A DNA stretch of 61,707 bases, filler included, from Choristocarpus tenellus KU-1152 (Eukaryota; Protista; Phaeophyceae): the NCBI GenBank assembly GCA_964200185.2. It is 8 parts of 8 records of this genome, joined end to end, with 100 filler letters (N's around TTAATTAATTAA, not from the genome) between each part and the next. Parts side by side here need not be neighbours in the genome. Positions count along the whole stretch, not along the records: positions 25,213 to 28,464 come from CAXNAD020021255.1; positions 28,565 to 45,795 come from CAXNAD020000699.1; 6 more parts are not named here. One strand, written 5' to 3'. Both the position numbers and the translations under genes were made by a program. Each line of letters begins with the position of its first letter. The stretch's first letter is position 1. Shown here in pieces: positions 26,091-40,300 of this stretch. Under the pieces are notes generated by a model. It was not told the origin of the DNA. It saw only the letters and a program-made list of their open reading frames with translations, and did no database searches.

Positions 26091-27740
26091 AGATAATTGT
26101 GGGCTGTCAATTTGTACGAGATTTTGGTGGGTAACCTTTTAGTGTCTCCATAATACACCAATAAAATATGGTATGTGAAAAAAACTTGCTTCTTCATCTG
26201 GGCTGCAAAAGTTATGCTACTGTGGAAGTAAGTGTCAAAGGCGCCAAGCTCTCTGCTCAAGGGGGCAATCACAATCATCGGAGTGTACTCTTCCACCTCA
26301 GAGGGTGAGACCGAGTATAAAAGGTCTTGGCCCAACATCTCAGAACAGTTGAGGGAATCCAGAAAGGAGCAAAAACCTCAAGACACAACAAATGTTCCAG
26401 AATGAATGAGCAACGGTCACAGCAGAGAAATGTATCAGTCAGAATCGGAATAGATCTTCGTTCTGACATTCCATTTTGGCTGTTTGGTCAAATCCGGATC
26501 TTATGGGTGTGGTTGATTTATTGGACTGATCGGTTACGGGTGAGTTCAAATGACGTGGTTGGCGCGCACAAATGTATACGCTCGCGCGTCTTACGCAAAA
26601 GTGTGTGTGTCGGAGATCCCAAAAAAGGAACCTGTTCTTGACATTACATTTAATCCCAAACGGAGGAAGTATATATTGATATTAAATAGATCCCCAAACA
26701 TCCAAATGATTCAACCCAAAGGATATGATAGAAAACACAACCAACGTAGGATCTTCCCGGAATGTACCCTTCTTCACCGACACCCAAATTCGATCTGAAA
26801 TAAGATTATTTTCATGCCATCGTAACCACTCCATCAACCTCGCAAAAGTAATGGATATATGACACAGATATTTGAAGAGTTCATAGGTCAAGTCCCGCAC
26901 ACCAACCAGGAACACCTAAATGTCACCATAAGTACCAAGGAGGTTACCCTATGCCAGAATCCATTCCAAACCCAAACCTCTGCAAGTAGTATGGGTTACT
27001 ATCTTGACACAGATGTCTGTCCACAACACAAACAATTCTTAAGCATCTTCAGTATGCCTCCTTATGTTACGGAAACCACACGAAACTCCACTGCACCTCC
27101 ATCGTTCAAATCCACCAATTATTTAGGTTGTTTGTATCACGGTGAGGATGGAGTAGTAGGAGGTGTAACAGGGAATCCAAATCTATACCTTCTCTTGCTA
27201 AAGAAGGGTTTCTGGATCTGGTTCAACTGTTGTAGTACCTGTTGTGGCATTAGAGTGCCCATCACTACTTGATAGAAGGAGGACAGGAAGGGTTTTCTAT
27301 CGGCTGTAACATGTGCGGTAATTGGTGTGGTGTCATAAAAATGTTCGGCAGCAGTATTAAGGCCCCCAGCCTCCGTAATGATTGCGCATTTCCAATGCTT
27401 GCTTTATGTTGAATATTTTGTTGCTAACGAACGAATCCTTCGACATGGTTGCTTGTAGATTGAACTACAATTATGAACTGTAGTTTGTTGGTTGCCATGA
27501 AGTTGTGATTTCTAGTACTGTGAAAGCGAAAAAGGTAACCATTGCACCTATTGTCAAGGTAGTACAGAATGCGTCTCTTTACCTTTTGTAGGTTGTCGCA
27601 TGTAGGACACAGAAGGTTGAAATTCCCTTTCCGTATTTCGTGTAATGGACTAGTTCTGGCTGCTCGTTTAACCCCGCGATTGCGCTGCGTTCACTTCTTT
27701 GTTTTTCGGTCACTGTGGGCGGATCCCAGTTATCCTTACA

Positions 27741-28380
27741 ATGACTTCCACGTCGCGAGCCAAGCTCATTGAAGACCCCAGTGGTATGGTTTTTGAGTAC
27801 CTGGACGAGGCAGAAGCTGAATTTCTTTATGAGGTGGGGCAGAATAGCTCGAAACATCAAATAAGCTCCTTTTTGGCGGTATTCAAACCACAAGGTTTGT
27901 GACACCCTCGACGAGTAAATGATGCCGTACTCTCGGTTTGCAGGAGGTGTTTGTCCGACGCTCTTACCTGAAGCACGGACTTACCGTGGGCAATGGTGAC
28001 GTCGTGGTTGACTGTGGCGCCAACATTGGACTATTTTCGCTGCAGTGCCTTGGTGAAGCGCAAGGAGTTCAGGCAAGGTCATACAAATAGCTGCGTTATT
28101 CACCTCCACTTGGGGTAGGTGGAGCTGTACTTCTATACTTGACTTGCATAGCTTGCAATCATGCACATCTAACAGTGCCCTCCCACACACTGTAGGTCAT
28201 TGCTTTCGAACCCATCCCTGCGATTTACGATGTTCTAGTTCGCAACCTGTACCAAAACTCTGTTGCCCTGGTGAAGTCTGGCGAGTGCCCCCGCCCACTG
28301 GCCCTCCAAGTTGCTGTGGGTGCAGGCAAGAGCCAGGATACGTTTACATTCTACCATGACAACCCTGGTGAAAGCACGAG
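27741..28380 (+). CDS. FkbM-family SAM-dependent methyltransferase, 5' exons (truncated by contig end)
   Basis: Exons 27741-27833 (EAEFLYE), 27944-28072 (EVFVRRSYLKHG...VVDCGANIGLFS) and 28196-28380 (VIAFEPIP..YDVLVRN...FTFYHDNPGEST). DxGANIG and FEP motifs present. Confidence 0.92.
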
Positions 28381-28397
28381 GTGGGACACTGGCATGT

Positions 28398-28464
28398 GGG
28401 TCAAAGTATCTGGGGGGGGGGTGTCGGCGTCCGTCTTTCACCCTTTTTTCGATTTCACTTTTTG
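28398..28464 (+). mobile_element. MITE family B-variant terminus at contig end
   Basis: GGGTCAAAGTATCT-G11-TGTCGGCGTCCG. The same variant occurs inverted at 30545-30590. Confidence 0.7.
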
Positions 28465-30544
28465 NNNNNNNNNNNNNNNNNNNNNNNNNNNNNNNNNNNN
28501 NNNNNNNNTTAATTAATTAANNNNNNNNNNNNNNNNNNNNNNNNNNNNNNNNNNNNNNNNNNNNAAACCAATTGGATGATCGAAAGAATTTGTACCTTTT
28601 CTAAAAAAAATTGAATGGGTGACCTGGAAAGATGTCGTAGAGGATGACAAAATAAGGTATATATACGTACTGCGCCTGTTCTTCCCCACTCTAGTCGGAA
28701 TATCTATTGTTGGTATCTCAAGCTATTCTAGGTATCTGCTTGGATCCCAATCATGACACGTCTATTATCATTTCATCAATTTGACACTCCTCATTGATGC
28801 AGATGGAGATGTTGTGTGGTACAATGTGTTCCTGCATACATCTCTCCAATCGATATTTTATTTCATACCCCAACAATATTACCTGTAACCACTTGAAAGA
28901 AGAATTTGCAGTATTATTATGTTGTGTATTACTGAATGAGTACTTGTTTGTTGGATTCATAAAAGGGTAGTATCGTGGTAGACTGATCAACTATAACAGT
29001 CGCTCATTGCTAGACTGAGACACAACCAATGTGCTTATGAGGACCGCCTCTTCCTTTTGTAATTGCATGATAGCCTGTGGGCGGTCATCATCAACAAACA
29101 ACTTACAATTTAGTTTGTCTTGGAAAGATCGGTTTCTGAAAAAAGCATGTACGTACTGTTTACATGCCATTTGCACCGCAGTATGTTCACAAGTACTCAA
29201 AAACATTATTGTTGTTAGTATCACTACACCTACATACTAAGTACAAGCATATCATCACGGAGGCACAAAATGCTTCAAGTGCAGTGTTTGTATCTAACCT
29301 CATCCATCTCAGCCTCTCATACTAATATGACCTTTTCAATAGAGTAAGTGACCTCGCAAAAGGTTCATGCAAGCCCTAAGAAGGACAAGACGAGCACAAA
29401 AACTTGGCATGTTTCTTTCCTTTACCTCTGCCACAAGGCACAGCCCACCTTCAACACACACGGACGCACACTAAGATATAAATAAACTAATACCGACAAC
29501 AATCACCAACATCAGATCATCAAACAAGGGACAACACTTCATTTCAACCTCACTATTTACTATCATTCACTGCCTAACTTGACAAGAAAAGCTTAACAAT
29601 ACATTTATATTGTATGTTTTGACTAATGGCCAAGTGGTGAAACGATCTCTCCCCCGTTGCGACCTTCTTGTCCTACACTATCCCACTCAACCTCACAACA
29701 ACATGATCTTCCCCTGGGGACCCTAGGTCAGATTTGGTAGCAACTTTGGGCGGCGTTTGTCCTAACCATACTAGCGCATGGTATGGTATACACCATACAC
29801 CAATAGAATACCAACCATCAGTACAGATAGTTCTCTACTTCATGACTCAATAGGTCAGATTTGTCCTGCAACCTGCTCAATCTTCTTATTATAACATTTC
29901 AACAATATTGGGGAGTTAGTTGAAAATCTTGAAGAGCATGAATATCAACTTCAGGTGAGGTGTGATACACAACCTGATAGGAGAACATGCCTTGCTACCA
30001 TGTATTGACACCCGTATCTACCATACGACTTCATCCCTCCCTTCCTTGGTGGGTGTACAACACATCATCTCTGTTACAGAAAACACCTCTAAGCACAAAC
30101 TGCTGAGATTCTTAGCAAGTGTGATAATCTGCCACACCTGATCAAATGATTGTGACTTCAAGCACCAACAAAATTAGAGTGCAATACAGATTGTTAACAA
30201 TCCTTTGTCGTTAGTAAAGCATTTCAAAAGAAGAAAAGAAAGCCCAATCCTTTGTCCATCAACCACCTTCTACAAAATCATCCCTCCTAATCTTTCTCAA
30301 CAATGACAATCGGAAATTCTTTCGACAAAACTTTGGCTTGTCTTCAGCTCACAACATGTTTGTATTTTGGTGATCTGTCCTCCTATTCATATTTCAATAG
30401 CAATGTCTCTGATCCCATCATACAAGTACATACAAGTACAGTCAGGAAGTGCTACTAAACTCATCACCACAAGTAGTTCCATTATGATTATGATCTCTAA
30501 CAAAGCAAAGGAGACTGACTATACACTATTCTCATTACACCAAT

Positions 30545-30590
30545 GGTCAAAAACGGACGCCGGCACCCCCCCCCCCAGATACTTTGATCC
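30545..30590 (-). mobile_element. Solo terminus of MITE family B-variant
   Basis: CGGACGCCGGCA-C11-AGATACTTTGATCC, the inverse of 28398-28435. Confidence 0.65.
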
Positions 30591-33500
30591 CAATCAAAGG
30601 TTCTTGCCTGCGCAAAAACTAACGATACCTAGCATCAATCCCCCCTTTACCGTGGTACTAATGATATGATAATAAGATCAACAATAACTTTGATACATCT
30701 CCCATAATCCCCTGTGGTCTATAGCTCATACTTCCAAAAAAGTCATGGACTATACAATTGCAATGAGAGGAATAGGGTGCAGCGTGAAGAGTCAAGCTTT
30801 CCCGCATCAGACAAATCATGACTTATCTCTTTTGCGATTTACAAATCAGTGACAAAAATGTCTAAAACTATTTCACCTCATGGTTGAAGGAGTAGTGTAC
30901 ATGGTACAAAAGAGCAATTTCTACCCAGGAATCTTGTGCCACAAATCATGTGCTGAGTGAGTACAACCAATGTTGAGGAATGATTCGATCTGTTCATGTA
31001 ACCTTTGTAGAACAGCATGCAAACATGATTTGTTCCTTTCACCGAGAGCAGCTAAGTGTGTATTGCTGATTTGTCCCCACCTTACCTTTGTATACAGATA
31101 CGACTCTCATGGTCACTAACAGCAGACAAAATCTGTGTACAAATCTTAGCTTACTATCATACTATTGAAATTACATGCTGTATGCATTGTGCCATTGTTC
31201 TTCTATGATAGTACTAGCCAGTCTTGTTCAAATAATATACCCCCCTTTCCAAATGGCATGTGGTGGAAGCCCCGGCAGTGTACTGAGTAACATGACATCT
31301 CTAGTGTGCCATGTACCCACCCACGCCTGATACCTGTTGGGGTTGCCCTTACTCTTTTTCAAGTTGATAAAAACGATCATAACTCATATATTGGTGCCTC
31401 ACAAATGAGTGCAAATGAGCACAATGAGTTTTCAGTAACCCCTTCCCATCCAACATGGTTACAAATATATCTCATACCAATATGACTCATCCTCTGCAAG
31501 TATGTACAAATGTTTGTCTGTATTACTCTCTCACCTACAAAGCATGTACAAATACTTGTCTTTACCACTCCCCTATCCACAACATGTGTACAACTGATTC
31601 CTCCATACCAATGCATTGACTTGAAAACCCTCCCCAATTAGTTGTGCTTGTGAGACACGTCATGAAATCACAGTCTCTTGATTGATCAACATCTCGCCAG
31701 GTCAATAGAAGATTTGTCCCACATCACTCTCAGAAACGTAAATGGGTACAAATGAATTGGGATCCACAAACAAAGCAGTTAACTCCTACATGTTTTGATT
31801 TGTGAGGATGTGCCCCAGTGCACGTAACTAAATCAGATATGTTTGTAACTGAACAGGAACGGTCCTTGATTTGTCTGAGACGCATGCAAGCCTTCCAACA
31901 ACTATCCGGAATGGTCTGGATGTCACATCGATTGAGATGCATGTCTTCACAGTCTATTCTAATAGTACCAAGTATTCCCTAACACTAACTTGCTCTATTA
32001 TTATTCTTCATATTACCTCACTACATTCTAAATTAATTACACTACTTCCAAGTGCTGAACTCTCATTGTAAATAACACAAAAGGTCATTGAAATATTAAT
32101 ACTCGTCTTGTTGAAGTTAAACATAATGTCCACTCCCACATATTTGAAAAATACACCTCCAGAAGTTCTACAAAAAGAGAAATTGTCTCCAGGTTCAACA
32201 GCTCATTTTCTGATCCATTCACCCCCAGAGTGAAACATAATCCAGCATACCTCCAGCACACCTCTCAGCAAATCAGCTTGTAGTTCCCACCCCGACCTTA
32301 TATGAAGTGAGAAGAGAGAACCAGGTCTGTACAGTCTGCTGCTTACCGTACTATAGTGTACTGTCTTTTTGAAGAGAGAGTTAAATATATAACTTATCAC
32401 TATACAAAGTAGTAACAAAAACTATGCAAGGTACACTTCTGCATTCCAGCGGGGCACGGGGTACCCATCTTCACAGGGACAACTCTGGTCCATGTTAATG
32501 ACCCCGCACTCCAATTTACATTTGTTGCATAAGACTTCAAACCTGATCACTTGCCGGAGTGTGACTAGCACCACCATGCGGAAACCCCATCCAGAAGATA
32601 TTTCTACCCTAAAGCCCACACTCGAGGTGATGTGACGTGACTAGACCCAACCAATCAAATAACAAACCACTTCATTCCTCTTGGCAATTGTAGTCACACG
32701 CATGACACACACCGTATATTCAAAATATTCTATCTCTGAGAAAGAAATCACACATCCTCCTATCCCACAATGTACTTGAATAAAATAATGATGGAACTCT
32801 GACGCTGACCACTCCCAATAGACTTTTGCCCCGACAAACAGCATCAATAGACTATTAAATTAGCACAGCACTATCTTTCCATTTGATTCCTCACATAACA
32901 AACAAAATATGCAAAAAAAGAGAAAGTCAAGTACTTCCTTCCCATCTGCCCTTTCTACTTTTCATCTCCAGTGAATTGTGCGATACTGTTATAACCGACC
33001 ACTGCTACCTCTATCAACGCCAATCCTACTAGTAATTATACTAACACTTTCCTCTACAAATTTAATCTATTTCCAATCTCTAGTAACCACCAGGCGATGC
33101 ACTCTGTACTCTATTTTTCCAACCTGCCACAGGAAGAAAGAGAAAATGAAACACAAACATTGTAGTACTCAGTACTACAATTACTATGATTGTATATAGG
33201 GAGAGAGAGAACAGGAAGGGACATTTCTTGTTTCAAGCAACACAATGCGGTTAGACAATTACCAGAGCCCAATCACAACAACAATTTTCCATCTCAGTTG
33301 TACAAAACAAGGGCTTGGTATATAATTTACTCCAACCACGATGCATGATACAGGATAGACAATATCTGATATTTGTGGTGATATGTACGGTAATGTTGAG
33401 CGGTTTCTTCAAGCTAGGTACACAGTGTATCATGCAACCACTGATACAGTAACAAAAATAAATATATTCCACCTTAACATCATTATTATCCACAACCGTA

Positions 33501-34709
33501 TGACATAAACCCTTCGCCGTTCAAGTATTGAAGACAATGTTAACCTGGTCACACACAGGGATAATGCATGCAACAACAGGGAGAGGACATTTACCTAAGA
33601 AAATGGATAGTGCCTAACAAAAAAATTAGAAAGAAGGGTGGTGGTTAGAGGTTAGTCCTAGTAGTAAATTGAGTTAACTATGTCATTGGTTGGTTGACCC
33701 TGAACTGCATCCCTTAAACAGCAACTTTCATTGACCAGTGGGTGATCCTTCACATCCCAGACAATCAATTCAATACATTTAGTAGCAGTAGCCTTATGGA
33801 CAAACCACCACTAGTATCGTACACGTGAAACATTTATTCTTATTCCATCAATAAAAAAAAATATATATATATATATATATTAATACTGTTGTACCTTCAT
33901 CAGCATGCCAGAAAAAAATCATTGAAATACCCTCTCCATTCAAGTATTCATGCACCTTCTCCAACGTTTGGGTTTTTTACTATTGATGTCATTATCAATA
34001 GCTTAATAAGAGCAGCTCACGACACCCTCTGACCTGAAATCCATTGACACATAGCTAGCCTTCTGTTGGCCCAAGTTGATGTATACTACAAACTGATAAC
34101 AACATTGAGGGAGTCCGACAAATGGCATCACAAATGCGTGTCTTATCTATTTTCCAACCCAGTTCAAGACCCTTGATCCCCTTGTCAATGTGATTAACAG
34201 CCGCGTAGTCCCATTACAACAAGATAAAAGCACTCTATCATAGACTGCACAATTGTATTTTGGCAAGTAGCAAAAAACAAGTCGTTTCTTAATTGCACTG
34301 ATTCAATTCAATTTCCACCTTAGGGTTAGGGTTAAAAAACATTACTTTCTTATTCTTTGTAAGGAGTTGGGTCACATACCTCAGTTTCCTTTCTCCCCCC
34401 CGTCTTCCTTCTTACATTCTTGTGTACTTTGTTCACTTTGAGTTAAAGACTCACTGCTTCCTGAGACACCACTAAGGAGGGGCTTATGCGTTGAAAAAAA
34501 TACTTGCTATCATTTTATGCACTATGCCGGTTTTGTTAAACGTATCGAGTGTTCTCGAATAGTAAAGTTGTCATCCTTCGCTTCATTTCTCTTCTTCTAA
34601 TAAGTGTCCATTCAGTGGTAGGTGATAGTGTGCAACCCTGGTTAGCATCAAATCAGAGGACATACAAAATTACCTACAACATGATATATTTCCCCTCCTA
34701 ATCAGAATC

Positions 34710-35470
34710 CCGAGACCATCTAGATTCAGGCATTGGACCAGACCTAAAACCAGGCTGACAGGTTTCTTTAACTTGGGGAAACATCATCAATGACAATGTT
34801 GCTGTAGAGATCAGCTGGAGGATTAATTAAGCTTGGAGCTATTTTTTTGCAAATACAACCAAGTTCGTAGTGACAGCAACTCAGGTTTCTCACTTCAGCT
34901 TAAGATTCGAATGGTCAAAGCTGAAGTACTTGAAGTTCTATTATAGGGTTGGATGGCGTGGACACTCCACAAGGCTCATTATCTGAGGCTCATCTCACAG
35001 CACCATAATTTTCTCCCTTGCGGCAGAGGTTTCCGCAACTGGAACACACTGATCTTCTCCTATCCTACAAAGACACTCTTCTGAAGACTGGGTGCGAGTA
35101 TCAAAGCAATAGTACACACGCAGAGGCTCCTACTTGTGGGATCAGTTGCTTGCATGGGGATTGAGTATCCTAAGATATTGATTTTTGAGGAGTTTGCAAA
35201 TGGAACATGGCAGTAGTAAGGTGGACAGGAGAAGAACTGATGGACATGCCTCTTAGATAACCTTGACGAATTTTGGATTGGAGTTGAGGATCAGGCCACG
35301 AGGAGAGTTTCTAACCGATAGGCATGGCATGAGCGTGTGACTAATGGCACAACAAGGTTAATGGCCGAATGGCAGTCCATCGAAACTAAATGACAGCTAA
35401 TGCACTTTGCACGAAAAGCAGCCTCTGAGGTCGTCCAAGCCACCAACAGCACGACCATAACTGTCTGCTG
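34710..35470 (+). mobile_element. RTE-clade LINE 3' remnant (decayed RT ORF)
   Basis: Broken frames read LQLKIRMVKAEVLEVLL*G..WTL..HY..L...HH, SYKDTLLKTGCE, RRLLL, and GGQEKN*WTCLLD, typical of the RTE ORF C-terminus. Confidence 0.85.
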
Positions 35471-37386
35471 AACGCTGTCTTCTTTGTAGACTTATTGTTC
35501 TTCATGCTTTGTTCCTTTTCTTTATTCTCTTCCCCTTACGTTTTTTGGGCGTGTTTTTCTTTTGTTCTCCTACTACTGGTTCTACTCTTTCTTTTCATTT
35601 CTCTTTTTCGCTTCTTTTCCTTTTTGGATTGCTTAATTGTTCTTTCATGGTCGCTGTTGCCTTTTCTCAAGCATGTATTTTGCCTTCTTCGAACTACTTT
35701 TTCGACAACAGGTCTGGGATCCCTCAGACTTATTTTGATTATATTTGTAATGATATTTAATATAGCAATAATACAACTACTAAACACTCCAAAATATAAT
35801 ACTAATGCAGGAAGCGCTAATTTCTTAGTGCTTTCATGAATACTTATTTTTGTTAGGTGACCCAAGCTTTCGGGGTTAGGGGTAGCGCTAGTGCTAGGAT
35901 TATGTAGTCTACCTGATATATCTCCTTTTTGCTCCTCAAACACGTGGCTTGGAGGAGGACTTTTGTGGGTGGGTTGCTACTACTACCGATGTTTGGCAGG
36001 GGTGATCATCATTCAATGCATTTACTAATTTTGAGCATGTGGGCAAAGCATGGCTAATAATCTCTCTCACACACATGTATATATTTGATTCAAAGCACAC
36101 TATCAATCAGATTATTTGATACTGATGCTGCTTCTCTTGCCCCTTCTTGTTTGTACACATCTGTTCCTCCGTATTGATTTTTCTCACCTTCGTTGCTGCC
36201 AGGAACAATGTCTGGTTACCACGCTTATCACTCTTGAAAGTGTTCAAATGAATAGTGCTTCTCATCGTTCGCTTGTGGTGAGTGGTGTGGTGGTGGAAGT
36301 AGTTGTCATTAACATTAAATAGTGTAGTACTTATCACCATACAACTACCTATCCTAACAATAGTAGTGGAGGCGTTAGTAGAGGTCCAACCACTTTAAGC
36401 AGCAATGATGGTATTGCTGTTTGCTTGTATAGTCGTATTATCTTAGTAGCAGTTCCTATCGTTGTACTAGTGCTGGTATGACGCCCGCCATTTCATCAAC
36501 TCATATGTGCTATCAGCAGGGGTTTGAAGAACTCTAAGCCACAATGGTTTGATTTTCCTCGCCCTAACCCTTCCTCCTGGTGCTGGGTCCGTATCCTCAA
36601 GTAAATATTGTAGGGTAGTGGGTACTGGACACTACATCAATTGGGGGGATCTATGGAGGTTTTACATCCGTGCATATTAAGGGGACAGGCATATAGCATG
36701 GCAAGAGATGCGTGGGATTGGAAAACTATCAGGTTTGCCACTGGATAGGTTCGGAAGCCAACGTAGCCAAGAGGGGTGTGTGCTGATTTGTAAGGGCCGG
36801 TCTGAATTTCTAGTGGTGGAACGCGTTTGTGGAGCACACAATCCTTAGTTATTTTGCATATTTACGTACATATTGGGCACCAGAAGAGCAGTCTATGCAT
36901 TGTCCCTCGGGTGTGAGCACAGGCATCTCTCTATAGCATGTAGTAGCACTTCTAGAAGTTTGAAAAGAATGTCATGTCACGATAAAGTTTTAATGTGCAA
37001 TTAAGTGGTCTGCAAACAGGATACAAGGAACAGTGAGAAGGGCACGATTATTATCACTCATCATGTATTTTCCCTCTTGATTAACATTACTAGGTGGGTG
37101 CAATTTCATATATGTGTGTGCCAAAGTATCCCATCGAAAAATAAAGCTAAAACAAAGTCCTCGCCATGATCAATGAAGATGAGTTGCTGTATACCGCTCT
37201 CAATCTTTACAATTACACTTCCCTCCTTTCTCCAACAAGGTGGTAAGGGCAAGCAAGGCAAATGGGGAATGTAGAGCTGCTGTCAACTTTCTGATCGGAG
37301 AACTAAGAACATGAGTGATCTGATTACGGTATATGCTTAATCAATCACAGGAATTCCCCTCATTTCATCGATCCTGAGGAACTCAT

Positions 37387-40300
37387 TTATGTGCGACCCA
37401 TTTCCTTCAAAACAGTAAGACTACACTCCCGCTTGTGAACCTTCCAGTGCCGGCGTTGGCATTCCCTTGAGCAGTATCGTGCAATCTTGCACTTGCTGCA
37501 GCGCTTTTCAGCCACTACAGCACCACATTTTGCACAATTTGGTTCTGGTAGCATGCTCTTCTTTGCCTTCTCAAACCGCGCCCAGTCTGATGCCGTGCGT
37601 GGAGCACCCTTTAGCCCTGCAACCTTCTGCCACTGATTGTACTGCGACATCTTCCCAATACCACTCCTTCCAGTGGCCAATTCTTTCTTAGCATCATTAG
37701 ACGCCATGGTCCCATTGAGTGCAGCTGTTGCATTCTCATTCCAGCTAACTCTCTTCAGTTCGTCCATTTCATTCTCACCACCTGCAAGTCCTTTGCGTCC
37801 AGTATACTCTGGTAACTGACTGCCAATTCGATGCACAGCATTTGAGGGCATATCCTTAAGGATCTTGATGGGATGATCCGCAACATCAGCAGCAGAAGGG
37901 AAGAGGGGGGACAAGACGCAACGATACATCCTGTTTATCATATCTTCCTGATCTGCTTCCTTAAGGCAATGAACAAAATCCTCGGGGAGGTCCTTTGGCA
38001 AGGACAATAGATAAAGCACGGAAGGAGGGGGGGAAGGAGGGGCTCAGTTTGTAGTGCCAAAAACAATTGTTCAAATTTGCCAGGGTTCTTGCACGGAACA
38101 ATGACAAAATAGTTTCATAGTAGATCGATTGGCGGAGAGTGGGGCCATCTCAATTGAGACACACAACTCCAAAACGAAAGTCTAGGCTGTTGTGGCCCTT
38201 TGCTCATGGACGGATAGGATTGCAGTGTTTTCAGTAACAGTACCTTGCACCCACTTCAACTTAAGCAGATAGTAACAGATCATACCCCCACGTGCAAGGG
38301 GAAAAGCTTGGTGCAGAGCATAATGCAATCTCAAGCATTGTCCAGGCATCACCACAACATCCCGATGTCTACTCACAGCCCTCAAACTGGCACCAGACAA
38401 AAGCCCTGTGAACAAAAGCACACGGCACCCGGTAAGCTCAGAAAGAGAAAGCACAAATCAGAATCTGTACAAGCGTATCCTTCACATACCTTTCCTTGGC
38501 CGCAGTCACAAGCACATCTTCCCTCTAGGTAAGTGTCTACAGGAATGCATGTCTCAGGACGAGCCTCAGACGCCGATCTCTTATATTCACAGGCAGAGCG
38601 GTGGTCATAGGTCTTGCGGCCACGTTCTATTGAACATGGCAGCATGTTGGCCCACAATTCTGCCTCGCATTCTCCAATCTTTGGGGATGGACGATTGTTG
38701 AGGAGTGTGCACATATGTGGTGTAGGTGGGGCCTTGCGTGTGGATTTGATTTTTTACAAGAAGCGTTCAAACGAGCATTCAAGATTGTTCACTAGTTCCA
38801 TTGTATGTGCTACTCCAGAATACACGAAACAGAGAGGTGACCGTTGACTGAAAGAGAACCAAACTGCAAATTAAAAATGTAGCTGCATAATGTAAATGCA
38901 GCATTCACTCTACACCTTCTAAACTGAACTACATACTGTTCTCACTTCACAAATCTTCACTCAAGAGCATGCTAAACACCCCCCCCTAGTTACCTGAGGT
39001 AAAAATTGTTTTTAAACACCCCTTCTTACTTTTCCAATAACAAAGCAACCCAATTTGAGTCCACTTCTCATCTCCATCTTCCTATGGGCAATCTACAGAA
39101 GATATTTTCCAAGTTCTGTCATAGGCTGCTCTTGCAACTGCATTTGTAGAAAATGCTCACATCTATCAGACAGTCAGCCCTTGCAACATTTACAATACCA
39201 CTCCTATGTTCGTAGATGGTGCTGCTGATACACTATAGGCACCACCGGTGGATTAGGTCATAGGATGGAGAGCCAGTGAACGATATATCGTATGTACTGA
39301 CTCATAGTGTCCATTGATTTTGTGTCATGTTCAAGATACACTTGCTATACTTAAGAAAAGTAAATAAGTGATTCATAGTATATTAGTGTGGACGATTGCA
39401 AACCCCACACTATAGGAATGGTGATGGTAGTCTAGGCATGTCTCACCCCCCACCAGTTCAATCAGCGGAATTGAGACCACAAGCCCCTTGTAAAATTAAT
39501 ATTATATATCTACATCAAGCTATTAATTGTCCTCTATCAAGGCACACAGCCGCAGGTCCAGTGGAATATTTCAACATGCTATGTAGCGGACTGATTGTTC
39601 CTGGGACGTTGTGCTGAGCGACATGGCTGGTAGTGAGCAATTATTATGTACAAGATGTCTGCAGCAGCCCCACCACAGTCACCAACCTCCCCACGTTCGC
39701 TGTGTGGAATATTTCAACATCCTCCTCTATCATTTAGACATACAATCCGAATGAAAGCATATGGCATCCCATTCAAGTTCTCATTGCCACTTGTCCCTCT
39801 TTTTCTACTCTTTTTCTACTCTCTTCCCTACCCTCGTATCTTACCTCTATGTTTATGAATCCTGATGGTGAGGAGTCTGGTGAGACCTTGTACACACTCA
39901 AAAACACCTCAAACGCCCTACTCAGGTGGTCATAGTATCCACGCCCAGGCATCACACATACATCCAGCAGAATGCTCTCATTACACTGCCAATATCAACA
40001 CCCAAAACACAACAGCAAGGACGACATGTGTTGAGGTAGCAAGCAGTCTCTCAACCTTTCTCCTTCATCAGCCTACTTACAAGCGTTAAATAAGATAAGA
40101 GTTTAGTCCAAAGTTCTGGGGGAAGAGCTGTTGTCATGTCCTATTGCACCCTGCCACCTCACACCATACCGGGGAAAAAATTAGCACAGACCGGAAAGCC
40201 AGTCACTACTTTGCCTACATTCCATGACCAGAGACGCTTGGGCACTAAAGTCCAGGTCACCCAACATTGTGCAAAAAATAATGACTGACACTAGAGCTCA

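Noticed and set aside
18881-26610. Similar TGGCGCGC..AAA CpG-rich motifs at ~18888 and ~26560
   Set aside because: The match is too short to call a shared regulatory element and is an imperfect fit to the E2F consensus.
29340-30160. Exon-like plus-strand segments with ag/gt boundaries
   Set aside because: No consistent open frame across them and no recognisable product.
35536-35943. 135-aa minus ORF with a hydrophobic stretch and K/R-rich tail
   Set aside because: Explained by T-rich low-complexity sequence next to a LINE 3' end. No recognisable domain.
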